Shown here: in pieces, positions 36,245-48,500 of the stretch
How positions within the stretch are numbered: position 1 is the stretch's first letter
Layout of the letters: each line of letters begins with the position of its first letter
NCBI GenBank assembly: GCA_008632985.1
Contig: QPGO01000114.1
Span: 62,001 to 126,000, forward strand
Reading direction: 5' to 3'
DNA length: 64,000 nucleotides
From: Psammoneis japonica
Lineage: Eukaryota
The notes under the pieces: model-generated
Databases searched by the model: none
The model's input: only the letters and a program-made list of their open reading frames with translations
What the model was told of the DNA's origin: nothing
Program-made: the position numbers and the translations under genes

Positions 36245-37665
36245 TTACCAACACTCTGTGCAGCACGTGTCCGTGGGACACGTCACCTCTTTGCAATCCG
36301 CAGTGAGCGACTTTTTATCATAATCAATACTCTTGACAACTTGACAAATCGCTTCCGGCATTTCTCCCTGAAAGGCATTGTCATGGGTTTCAAAATTCTC
36401 CAGTCGCTTCAAATTCCCAATTTCCTTGGGAATGGTTCCACCAATGCCATTGGTATAAATCCAGAAACGTCGCAAACCCGTCAAATTGCCAATCTCGGAA
36501 GGCAACGTCCCGCCCAAACCCGCGTCGGTAAGCGAAAGGGACGCCAATCCCGTCAATTGTCCAATTTCGGTGGGAATTCCTCCTTGAATATTGTTGGAAT
36601 CCAACCAAAGTGCAAAGAGGTGCCTCATCTCGCCGATTTTTAACCAATTCAAATCCATGGTGAGGGCGTTTCGCCTCATGTAGAGATAAACTGTGGTGAG
36701 AGTAGAACGGTACAATGCGTTAGTTCTTGTTTAGCATAAAACCCATGGCAATTTCAACAGAAACCAAAAAAAAACTCACCCAAATTATCCCGCTCTCCCA
36801 TCACGGCCGGAAAGGCTCCCGTCAAAAAGTTGGATTCGATTTCCAAATGCGTCAGTTTGCCCAAGTTTTCCAGAACGCCATTGTTGAGCGGTCCCGACAT
36901 GAGGTTGTATGATAAGACTAACTTTTTTAGCTCGACCAAGTTTCCCAAACTCTCGGGCAAACCACCATCGGTGACAATGTAGTTGTCATCGGCTTGAAGG
37001 GTATGCAAGTTTTTGAAAACACCCAGCACATCGAGTGCGTCGGGTCCTTCCAAATACAACTTGTTGGTAGTGACATCGATGTACTTCAACTCAGTCAACC
37101 AAATCATTTCGGGTGGAAATCGTCCCGTCAAGTCATTGTCTTGTAGAGAAATCTCGGTAATTTCTTCCTCGTCGTTGCACGACAATCCTAGCCAAACGCA
37201 CTCGGTTTCATCGTACGAGAGCCAATCACGAGCATTCTTCCAGGAGGGCCCGTCCTTGCTGTATGCCGTTTTGACGCCGTTCGTCGAGTAGTAAAAAGTA
37301 GCCAGAGCGAACAGTTGCAACTTTTTCGCGTGCGTCAACGAATTGTGCTTGGGATACCGGCGAAGCCATTCAAACGCCTTGTTCTGCGGAGAATCCTTCA
37401 CATCGAGTTGATTCTTATCGAGCAAGTGAAAATCGGAGCGATCGTACGTATTGATCAGCTCCACCTTGAGCACACCATTGTCTGTGGGCGCGGCTCTGTC
37501 GCCATTCGAAGAACCACCCGGAACCAAGACAGCAATGGGGATGATGATGACACATAAAACCACCACAATGATTCCAGCCACGAGTGCGTTGCGACGGGTC
37601 CACAGAGACCGAGTCACCACCGAATGCTCCGTGGAAGAATTGTGCAGGTTGATATCTTCCATCAT
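36245..37665 (-). CDS. Single-TM leucine-rich repeat receptor-like protein (intron 36779-36691)
   Basis: N-terminal TM; 'SPQNKAFEWL..QLFALATFYYSTNG..W..ECVWLGLSC' cap; plant-type LRRs (L..N.L.G.IP.EIG.L); Cys-rich C-cap ADC..V.C...CCTECW. Confidence 0.9.
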
Positions 37666-38459
37666 GGTTTCGGAAAGCAGACTTGTATGGCAGAACAAAC
37701 AAGCTTAGGTCAGATTGTGGTAAGCAAGAAGCTTATGGCAGGCAACAACAACAACAGCAACATACAACTACTACTCTTGCTGCATTGATCTGGTGTAGCG
37801 TGAAAAATGACTCGTCCTGACGTTGAACGCTTCGGATTTCAATTATGTTTTTTCTCCATGCACTTTGAATTTGAATGAAATGGGATTCTAGTTTAGAGAT
37901 ATAATATAATCAAATACTACTCTATGCAAACCTTCAATCTTTATAAAAATGAAATACATTAAGTATCGACTCAACGCTTCTCGTCAATGAATATTGTTTG
38001 TTTAACAATGTAGGATATCGCTCGATGCATTTTATTCGTGTGCTTTTTTTGAAATTTTTGTCCAACGCGTATTCAATCACGTACTTTATTTATCATTGTA
38101 ATTCCCGCGCATTTTTTTGAAAATTTGAGTTTTCAACCGTTGCTTAGAGTCGTCTCTCCATCGAGCGGCGACCGACTTTGATGATGGTGCCAACCCTATT
38201 CCTTACTACCTACTACAACAGTGTCTGTTGCCTGTTGCTGTTGCTCGACTCAACAATCAAGTTTGTGGTTTCTTAGACCAAGCTGTTCAACTGGCAAACG
38301 AGGGCAAGCTTGCTTCTGCCCACCCCCTGCGCCTGTGTGAAACCTCAGCACGTATCGTCTGCAAGCAGGAGCTCGCGATACGGCAATGAAAGAGAGAGAG
38401 AGGATGCAAAAAACAAACTAGCCTGTATTTCGAAGTCACAATACAAAAACTATTCTTTC

Positions 38460-41266
38460 CTAAAAGCACCCCGTGCAACAATCACAAAGCAACCGGCAGT
38501 CAGCATACAAGCCCTTTTCTAAAAACCCAAACGTGGTCAACTGGCACATGGGAGGTGGCATGCGTCCCTTGAGAGAATTGCCTTGGACTTCGAATTTACC
38601 TATAGACACGAAAAAGAGGAGTACGTGTTGTTAGAATCATGATTTACTTTATGGAAACGACACGAAAGTGATGCGCCCACAACGAACTTACGCAAGAAAT
38701 CCATATTTCCCAATTCAGATGGTAGACTTCCTGTCAATTGGTTGTCGTACAGCCACATTTGTCCTACAAATCAAAACAAAACAAACACAAGAATGAGACA
38801 AAATCGCAACAAGTTTGCGCATTAGTATCAAAAGACGTACTCATGTTGGTGAGCCGTCCCAACTCGGTCGGGATCGAGCCACGAAAGCTGCATTCCGTCA
38901 ACGACAAACTCCCTACGAAAATTTTAAGAACCAAAATAAATTGAATTGTGTGAGAGAAAAGATTCATGGCTTTTGTATACCGCAGCTATCAATATACGAC
39001 CTCAACGTACGTAGTGTTGTTTTGTCGCCAAGAGTTGTAGGAATGCTTCCACCAAGCTGACGGTTTCCATCTAGCCACATTTCGACTGCGTAGCAAGAGA
39101 AACAAACATAGTGAGGAACGCTTGTTTATTTTTTCTTAAAGGATGAATGCACAGCACATCGTTTTCTTTTCTTACAAATCTTGTTCATATTTTGGACAAA
39201 GTCAATGGTACCAGTCAAGCGAGCCCCTTCACAATAAAAATGTTCTGAAAAAGCATGTTAAGGATTTTGCTACAACAGCGATTGTGGGTATATCCTCGAG
39301 CCGACTTACCGAGATTGGGTAGATTGGAAATTTCATCTGGAATGGATGAAGAATACTTGTTGCCTCCCATGGAAAGAGTTCCTGTTCATACCAAGATGGT
39401 CAAGGTAATTAGACATTCGCAGAATGAAAACGGTACACAAGACAGGATCGACAAACTTACGAAGTTTCCATAGCCTACGAAATATGCTGCCATTTATGGG
39501 TCCAGAAAATCGAGAATTGGCAATATCCAAATACTCTGAGATTAACCACAAAAATGAGTTGTTGAGATGAATTGGTCATGCAGAAAAGTGTGGACGTCAT
39601 TATTTTCGAATGCCAGATACACCTACCGAGATTGGAAAGTTTACCAATCGCTTTTGGAATTCCTTCGTGCTCAAAGTTACTCGAGCTCACATCCAGGTGA
39701 GCTGCAATGGTAAAAAGGACACGATTGCAAAACAATGAGATATAGTCTAGGGACCATTCTGAGAGCATTACACATCAGAAACTCACTTAGTTGCTGTAAG
39801 TCACGTAGAAAGTTAGTACCATCAAACGCATTGTGAAGAGTGTTGTTTCTCACGTCAAAATGCACCAGGGATTCCGAAAGCAGAGTAATCTCATTCGGAA
39901 TCTTGCCAGAAAGCTCATTGGACGCAAGCATGATCTTTGCCACGTTCCTATCGGCATCGCAGTATACACCAAGCCAAGCGCACTCGTGTGCATTGGTCAT
40001 CCAATTGTCCTCTCGATTCCATTTCGGAATAAAATTCTGACCGTCAACGACTTGAAAGGTATACTTGTTGGGAATCTTGTATGTGTTAATGTAGATACAA
40101 GCAAGAACGTATCGCTGAATCAACTGTTTCTCTGAGTAGTCGTCAATGTTTCGGTTCTTCTCCAAAAGCCACACAAGAGCCCGAGATTGATAGCTACTTG
40201 GGTGCTCGAACTCTTTGCCGCGTTGGAGCGCAATCTTCTCAATGGTTGCACGCACAAAGTTCGTCGACGTGGGTCTCGCGGTCGAGGTTGGCGAATACGT
40301 TGGTTCTTTTTCCGTTGGAGCTGGCGTCATGGTCGGGGCCGCGGTCGCAACTGGAGACGGAGTAAGCGGAGCAAACCCCGGTTGCTCTTCAGAAGTTTTG
40401 GGATAGGTCGCTTCAAATTTTGTTACTTGTTGGGTTCCAAACTCGCCACCCTTGGCAATTACGTCAATGGGAGGAGGGTTGACCGATCGCGAGCCATAGT
40501 AGACTCGGTAATACCCCTCTCCGTTGTGGCAGCACAAGCCGTCATGGTGGGTATCTGTAATGGTGAAGATGCATTGTGCTCCCTCTTCGACAATGAATGT
40601 TTTGGCTATCTCCTTTTTGGCCTCCTTGTAAGTGCCAGGAAGTGCTTCTTCGAACGTGTAAAGGCTGTTGGTGTTTACCCCGTCATCACAGATAAGAGAC
40701 CAGCCTGTCTCTTGTGGAAGATCGTCAAGTCGAATATTGACAGAGATTGGGAATGGATGAAACACAATGTTGGGAATGGGCTCTTCACCCTCGCCGTCGC
40801 CTTTGTTGCCAACGCTCACAGTGATACCAATCACGGCTCCCAAGATAACAACCAAGGTGATTGCGGCAGCAACAATGAAACGCTTGCGGTGACTTGCTAA
40901 ATGAAAATCTTGCGTCTTGGTAGCTGGAGGAGACGACGAATCTTCCTGCTCTTGAGGTGTGTCTCGGTTTTCCTCTTCATTCTCTTTCTTGAGAACACCG
41001 TAAGCGCCCTCAAAGTCATAAGCTTCATCTTGTTCAGGAGCCTCGTTACCACCCATGACCGATGGTTCAATCTGTTCTTCATCTTCCTCTCCCGGAGTCT
41101 TGTCCACAAGGAGCATCGAAGACAAGTCGTCTAATTCCCTTTCGTCGTCTCTGGAAGAAAGAGAGGTCATTCCGGCATCGTACATCGTTCGACGAGGTTC
41201 CGACATTTCGGCCAAGTCAACTTGTATGTGTTTGTTTCCGTCCTCTGGAGGAGGAACGTCCGCCAT
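38460..41266 (-). CDS. Single-TM LRR receptor-like protein, multi-intron
   Basis: TM, DGLCC..GEGYY domain, Pro/Thr stalk, QRYVLACIY cap, NELSGKIPNEI. Short LRR exons between 38460 and 39790; last exon ends ADCRLLCDCCTGCF*. Confidence 0.85.
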
Positions 41267-41949
41267 GTTGATTATTCGAACCAAAGTCTTGCTTGTGTCT
41301 CGGGAACAAAGTGGCCGTGTACTGCAATTTTGTGTTCCCGTCGGTTGGATCACATTTTTGTGAAGCGTTCTCACGATAGAATTTCTAACATTTTATAAAC
41401 ATATTCAGTTTTTAAATGCTAGGAACGTATTCAAACTATATGTAATGGATAATTTTCATATTCAAATCGAAATTTTGAAATTTTTTGCGAACCGCTGCGT
41501 GTGCAACCCTTGCTTTTACAGTACGTTGACTCCTCTATGTACTCTAGCTAGAAGTACTCTAGAGAGAGTAACTAGCTAAAAGAGTAGTTTCTAGCTACTA
41601 GTAGCTAGAGTTGGCAGTGGCTGTCAAACAACCTGCCCAGCTTTCAAATGCACAGCAAAAAACAAATGCAATGGAACAGCTGTCAATTGGGCACACCAGC
41701 ACACACCCCAGCAACTCACATGTGTTGTCCTCAGTGATCGACTCAAGGCCAGCCTTTTCGGAACTTTTTCGCTAAGCAGTGGCTCCTGAAGAACAGATGT
41801 GGATCTGCCTGGTCAGCTTGAGCACTGCCATGCTGCACTTTACTAACAACACCAGTGCGCTTTCCCTTTTCTCATGCTCAATGTGTGTAAAGCCACTGCA
41901 TTGCCTCTTGCTCTCCATCGGCATGTTTCTCCTTTTATGAGAACCAGCC

Positions 41950-43291
41950 GTGCAACGTCTTCTTACCCCATCTGAGATCTTTGGACGGTATCGACGACGA
42001 AGCAGCGTCGCAGCTCAAGCTCGATGAAGCTCAAGCCCGTGAAATGGCAGATTAGAAGTATTTGTGGGAGGAAGTGCTTCCGAAACTTACAATGGAAATT
42101 CAAGAATCCCCTGGACATCAGCTACACACTGATGGAAGGAATCGTACGGACACAATACAGCAGCGTGGCATCAATTGTTGATATCTAGGACGGCTGCAGC
42201 CTTGGCTTTGCTCGAAGAAAAGAGCGATCGTGAGGTTCTAAAGAACGTTTAGTCTGGAAAGTTGAAGCAAGCACCACGTCGCACGATGCCTTTGAGCTGG
42301 CTAGAAATCTTGGAGTGTGAAATGGTGGCGCGAGCAGCGAAGCACGTTCTCGACGGTTATCTAACAGCGAACGGCGGGGCAGCTGCTGGTCAACCGGCCC
42401 AAACAGTTGCCTTGTTTCTGAGTGCAATCATGACGAAAGAGGAAGAGACAGCAAGAGACATGGAAAGGAGGACGGAATCCGAAGAAAAGTCGGATTCAGA
42501 TTTTGTAGATGAGGACGACTTAAATGCCCTTACGATGTTTGATACCGGAGGGACGGAGGTGCTGTTCCGCCTACTGTTCGTTCAAGGGCGCAGGTATGGG
42601 AAGACATTCAGTCGGAAGTTGGACGTCGCTTCCGATACGATCTAACTCTATACAACAACCCCGGAAGTGGTGCTCGTTCTTTGTGTATCCCTCTTTTGAG
42701 GAGGGTGTGCCACAGAAACGGAGTGCGACTCGTTGCAAGAAATTACGACGTCGGAGGCAAATGTCGCTGCAGCGAAGGAAATACGACATGCGGCAGAACA
42801 ACGCATTCCTACCCGGTCTTTCCGCTTGACGTTCTTGATGTCGTTCCGCTTGTCAAACATGCTGCGGCTCAAGGGGGTGAAGGTTTTGCTCCGTACCGGT
42901 ATCACACGAGACCAAGCGTGGAACCTCCTTCGCTTCATATCCTTCTGCCCATGCCAAAGCCACACTCGAAGCTGCCCATCTCCACTTCAGCATTCATACT
43001 CTATTGAAGGCATTAGAACTTGTCCAAGAAGCTATGAACCTCTACCAGCGGGTAACAGACACACCACTCCATTCCATGGTAGCGACATGTCTAGATTTGA
43101 TTGCTGCAATTTTGATTAAAGTGAACGAGCCCCATCTTTCAGCGGCCAACACCGCACGCTCGGTTTGGTTGTTCAGCTGGGTAGTTTTTGACTGCTCGGA
43201 GGCTCTGACGGCCCGCACGTCACTGTCGCACATCATATGTAAGTCCGGAGCGTATGCAGACGGCGTCAAGCATTTCAGAGCCGCAATGTAG
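41950..43291 (+). pseudogene. Clustered mitochondria protein (CLU/eIF3 p135) internal fragment
   Basis: RGINC*YLGRL, LECEMVARAAKHVL, IPLLRRVC..GVRLVARNYD, LDVVPLVKH, then TPR-like ALELVQEAMNLYQRV. Contains stops and frameshifts. Confidence 0.78.
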
Positions 43292-43899
43292 GCAAGACAT
43301 TTAAAGTCTTGTTTGTGCTACAGGTGTATTGTACATTTGTAAACCTTCTAGCAATACGTACCCTTTAGAATAATGAAGCGGCGAACTTACAGGTGAAGCT
43401 TTCAATGGTACAAAGAATGTCTACTGTCAGAAGTCTACGACTACAGCAGGCCAACAATGGGGGGAAGGTGAGGACGCTCTCTACGCAGTGGTACACTACG
43501 GCAAGGAGTGACTATAGAGCAGTTGCAGCTGGCTCTCTGTGTTCAGTGTACGATATTCTATTACTCTCAACAATTTGTTTTTTCTCCTCCGAAATCGTCA
43601 TCGTCGTTGGCTTATTGGAGACGACGCGGCTTCGACGAGGTTCGAGCTTTACGACCAATCTTCAGCCATGGAGATATGGCTGTTCCTTTTCTGTTACTAC
43701 TAAAGCCTACAGACTATAGTTTATCCGACTCCCAACATAATCGACATCGTGTACACTAGGGAAGTGTTTTTTTGTTTCGCAATTTGAACTTGCTCCTATT
43801 ACTACATTTTCAATCTACTGTCTGGCTACCAGTGCTCTGTGCCCCATCCACAAGTCTAGTTAGCCCGTCGCATAATTGCCAATTGCATTTACGCACGAT

Positions 43900-45560
43900 G
43901 CTGGTCCCGTCCCAATGCGCTACCTTTGGCTTTACGAACTTGGAGATCGACGAAGCGCCTGCCTTTGAGTCCGGAATCAGCAAACACGCACCAGCCGGTG
44001 TAACCTACCACATCCGCGTATACTCACTTCTCGCCGTTTTTGAAGCGGGTGGCAACTGGCGTTTGCTTCGAAGCAACGCCCTTGAAGTCCTCTCTCTCTG
44101 CGTCGCGCCATTCATCGTTTTCGAGCACCGCGCCGTGAGGCGGAGCTGCCGACTGGTCCGCCATCACGTGGTCTAACTCATCTGCATGTTTGGTCCATAC
44201 AAAGCAACAAACAAACAAGGATCAGAAGCAAACAAAAAGAAAAAACAAAATAAAGCCATAAAACTTACTGTCCCGAACATGGACTCCCGCCCTCGTCGCA
44301 CCAGTGCTCTCGTTTTCGAGCACCGCGCCGTGAGGCGGAGCTGCCGACTGGTCCGCCATCACGTGGTCTAACTCATCTGCATGTTTTGTCCATAAAAAGC
44401 AACAAACAAACAAACAAGGACCAGAAGCAAACAAAAAGAAAAAAAAAAACAAAATAAAGCCATAAAACTTACTGTCCCGAACATCGACTCCCACCTTCGC
44501 ACCAATATTCTCGAGATGGGGCATCATGGTTCTCATGAACAAGAAATGAGACTCCTGCAGAGCCCGCAAACCAGCAAGCGTGTGCCCGTCAGTTTCATCG
44601 ACTTTTCCCCATCACCTTCGTGCCAGTTTCATTGACTTTTTTCACCAGCTCTTCATGGTGACAGTCGGCATCAACTCCCATCCCCGCAAGCTGGCCGCTC
44701 AGATTGCGGACACTGCTGTCAAGCTGGCCACCTGTTTTGTCCAATTCCTTCTTCACCACTTTTTGCACTGACCCAATGAGAATGCGAGCATCGGGAGACA
44801 GGTTCACAGACCTGTCCGTGGTGGAAGAGCTGGCTGCAGATGCCGGAGACACAAGTTGGTCTGTCTCCTTCCATGTCTCCCCCACATTTGCCGCAACGAC
44901 AAAGGGATCAAAATTGAGTTCACCCATTTGAATTATTTCCTCCAGCTTTTGAAGAAAACTGCACAGGCATCAGTGAAGCATTCAGATTTTTCTTTCACAC
45001 AAAGGTCAGCAATGAGGGTTCCACACCCCACAAAGGTGGAAAAAAGAGTTAAGAACTTGCACCAGGTTTTGATGACACTTGGGGTGCAAGTTGCCCAAAC
45101 AAAGTTTTTCTTTCACATGAACAAATGCAAGCACAGATGCAATGTTAAGCAAGCCCACTTTGTCATTCATTGCAACAGCTGGGCAGTGGTCATCAGCTGA
45201 CAACAGGCTGCAGGGAGCAGCTTCATTGAGTTGGATGAGCCACTCCTGCTTTTTTTCCATCCTCACACTGCACGAGCGCTTGACCTCTCTCTCCTGTTTT
45301 GCAAAGATCTTTGAGTTTCTCAATTTTCTCCATGACAAAGTGCTCACTTGCTTGAGTGGGCTTGTTTTCTTTGACCAATGCATTGGCGAAGCACATCAGC
45401 ATGGCACAAAATCCAGCACAAGGCTCGTCTGGCAGGAGCTCCAGCTGGTTGAGCCCTTCCAGCACCACGGAGCAGTCAACTTTGACAGAAGCAGCCTTTG
45501 TGGTGTTGTTGTTTGATGTGTTGTCAGTTGAATGCATCTGGCAGGTGATTGCAGATTCTG
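43900..45560 (-). pseudogene. Hypothetical protein; 5' part TpA-converted, 3' part not
   Basis: Protein-like ORF pieces 45223-45591, 45006-45383, 44595-44927 and 44222-44569 are collinear on the minus strand. No family recognised. Confidence 0.4.
44115..44492. repeat. Tandem duplication, period 195 bp, covering one intron-exon unit of a minus-strand gene
   Basis: tcgttttcgagcaccgcgccgtgaggcggagc...aaaacttactgtcccgaacat at 44115 and 44310. On the minus strand each copy has GTAAGT...GCAG. Confidence 0.9.
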
Positions 45561-48500
45561 TGGTGAACACAGGCAGCAAGGCAGGGGACAAACAAAAAGG
45601 TCAGCATGAAAGCACTGACAACAATCATGACATGAGCGGCAAGTCGAGAACGCAATGAAACATGCACAGGATGGACATGAAACAAATGCCTTTGGCATGG
45701 ACACATGGATGAAGTTAATCCAGCACCACTGGTTTTTTGGTTGCTGCCCACCATGTCTTCCATGAGTCTCGTTTTGTCGACGCTGTTCTGACACAACAAT
45801 TTGCCTGCCTTTGTCGCAGACAGTCAAAAGTGTTTGTCAAGAGCACACAATGCAACACGCAGTTGCTGTGGCTCCTCTGCTGGATTGCTGTCAATGATCA
45901 ATGAGCTGCTCTCTGCTCTGCTCTCAAGCTCTGGCTCTGCATTCTGCGTTCTGCCGTGTGTCGATCTGTCCCAACAAAAAATTTTGAATCATTTCGATTT
46001 TTTCACTTTCCCCCTTAATTTCCCTTTTTCGATCCATTTTCACAGTTTTGCTTGATTTGCCTTTCTTTTTAGTCTGTTTTTATCTGATGCAGAAAATTGC
46101 CACCCGATTCCAAAAAATGCTGCTCTCCCGCAAAGACTCGCAATGAACCCGCCTGGCCACGCAAGATCCAATCCAGTCTGTAAGTGGCGCGGAAGAGGGA
46201 AAGAGAAGACCTCCCACAGATCGTAGCTGACACATTGCTGTGCCACCAGGCTAACTGGCAAAGCTTGAAAAAATCGCCCCGTGCAATTTTTTTGGTTCCT
46301 GGTGCAAAAACGAGAAATTCTGCACAGAATTTGTGCAGCCACCATGGCAAATTTGTGTTGTGCCCACCGTCGTTGTCAACATTTTGCAAAATGTGAGTCA
46401 CTTGGGATGTTGTCGGCATTTGTCTGCAGTGCCATCATGTGTTGGCGCAATTTTGACAAGCGTCGCTCTGTGCAAGAATGTTGATTTTGACTTGTTCAGT
46501 GTGTGAGTCTGCTGCTGTTGTTGTCGTTTTGGCATGTTTTGTCAAGTTTGTTGTTGTTTCCCTCCTTTCATCCTGTGACTTGTGCCTCAATCATTTCACA
46601 ACACATGTGGATAAAAGGGGCTGATGTGTGGGGCACCTTTGGAGTGTTTGAAACGAGCTCTGGATGTCGGCACGTGTTTGGTGTGTTTCCAACACACATT
46701 GGCAGTCCGGCACTCACTCTGCTTGTTTCTTGGTCCACAAGCAGATTCTTCCCTGCTGCAAAATGGCCTGATGTTTTACTTTGTTGAACATGTTGACGAC
46801 ACTGGCTGTGGTGCTTGTGGATCACATGCATGCAGGGATTTTGAGTTCTCTGCCAAACTTCATGGCATCTTTTTTTAATTTCTCATGGTGGTGTCAGCAA
46901 GACCTTAAAAGGCATCTGTCTCTTGAAGGATGCCTTTGCGGGTTGCAACAATGGCGTTCTCAATTCATGGTGGATCAGTTGGTTTCAAGGAATGCAGGTG
47001 GGAAAGTCTGGGACATTGGAGTGAGCCAAATCCATCAGCATGATGCTGAGCTCAGTCAAGGTGCAGCAGTGGATCAAAACCTTTCCCGGGACCTTTGCCG
47101 ATTGGGGCGTCATTTGGATTTTTGCCGTTTGCTTTCTAACTGCTGATGCTGCAGTGGAGTTTTCAAATGTGCTTGCAATTCTGACGGCGCACGTGGTGGC
47201 CCACCTCCAGACCAAGGCAAGCTGCACGTCACATGCTGTTGTTGTCGGAGGTGCAAAGCAGCGCGCAACTGGCCGGGTTTTTGTCACACAGCGCACTCCA
47301 TTCGATGAGCAGTGTCAATTTTTTGCATCTGCTCAAAGTCACCTTGGAATTGAGCTGGTGTCTTTTCACAGTTTTGTCACAATTCTTTGAAACACTGGGC
47401 TCAGCTCTTTGTTTGTTCTGTCATCTCATTGACCTCTTTTTGACAAGCTTTTGACTTCAGCCCCAGAGGCCCCCCAGACTGCAAGCATGGTGTTGAGGAG
47501 GTGTCGACTCCTTGCACCGGGTTTCCCGAATTGAGAGAATGCAAAATCTTGTCACACTTCACATTGGGGTGGAGGGCGGTCGTTTTGCAGTGTGGCAGGG
47601 CTGCATGATTTGTGCAAGGCACAGAGAAATTGTGCAGAAATCTGTCTGGTCTGCCGGAGTGCTTGAAACCCAAAACGCACTGTCCCAGTGAAAAATGCTT
47701 GCAAACTTTTTTCAGGATGTCCTCACAGACCCCACATGACCCACATGCATCAGGAGAAAGCTCGCAAAGAGCTCTTCAAGATGAATTGTGTCTCATGTTA
47801 AATGGACATCTCTGGGATGCTTTGACCTTCTCTCAAAGTGTTGGGATTTCCCAAGTGACAACAACTGTTGCTTGTTGAATGGCGACAGATTTTTTGTGTT
47901 CTGATGAGCATGCACACATTGTGGCATCTTGATGCACATGACGACATTTCTCTCTTAGAGCTTGCAATGTTTGCACAAACTTGCATGTCGCGCAAATGCT
48001 TGAGGACAAAAAGTTGTTGCCAATTTGCATGGGATCTGAGGGTCTCACCATGACGAAACTCAAAAATTGACTTTCGTCATGTCACACAGCAGAGTGTCCT
48101 GTGTGAAGTGACGAAAGCCAATTTTTGATTTTGTCTTTCATTCTTGAGATTTTGCATGTGCAAAAAAGGTTCACAAATTTTTTCAATGGGACGGCAGGAT
48201 GCACAGATGCAGAGCCTCATGGCTGCACCATTTCGGAGCTGTTGGGGGTTGGCATTCATTTTGCCATTTTGTGAGTCTCGTCATGTGCTTTTCTCATGGT
48301 GTTGTCTGGAGTCAACAGTGCAGCTGTGTTGGAAGTCGAACAAAAGTGCACGCTTGCAAATGGAGCCAACATTGCGGCCGCGGAAGTCAAGCTCAACTCT
48401 CTGAGGATAGACTGGCACTTTGATTTGCCACAGCCAGACTGCTTTCTCATGCCGACAGAACACTGGCTCCGGCATCAAGAGGTCCAAGGAGTTGGGGGCA

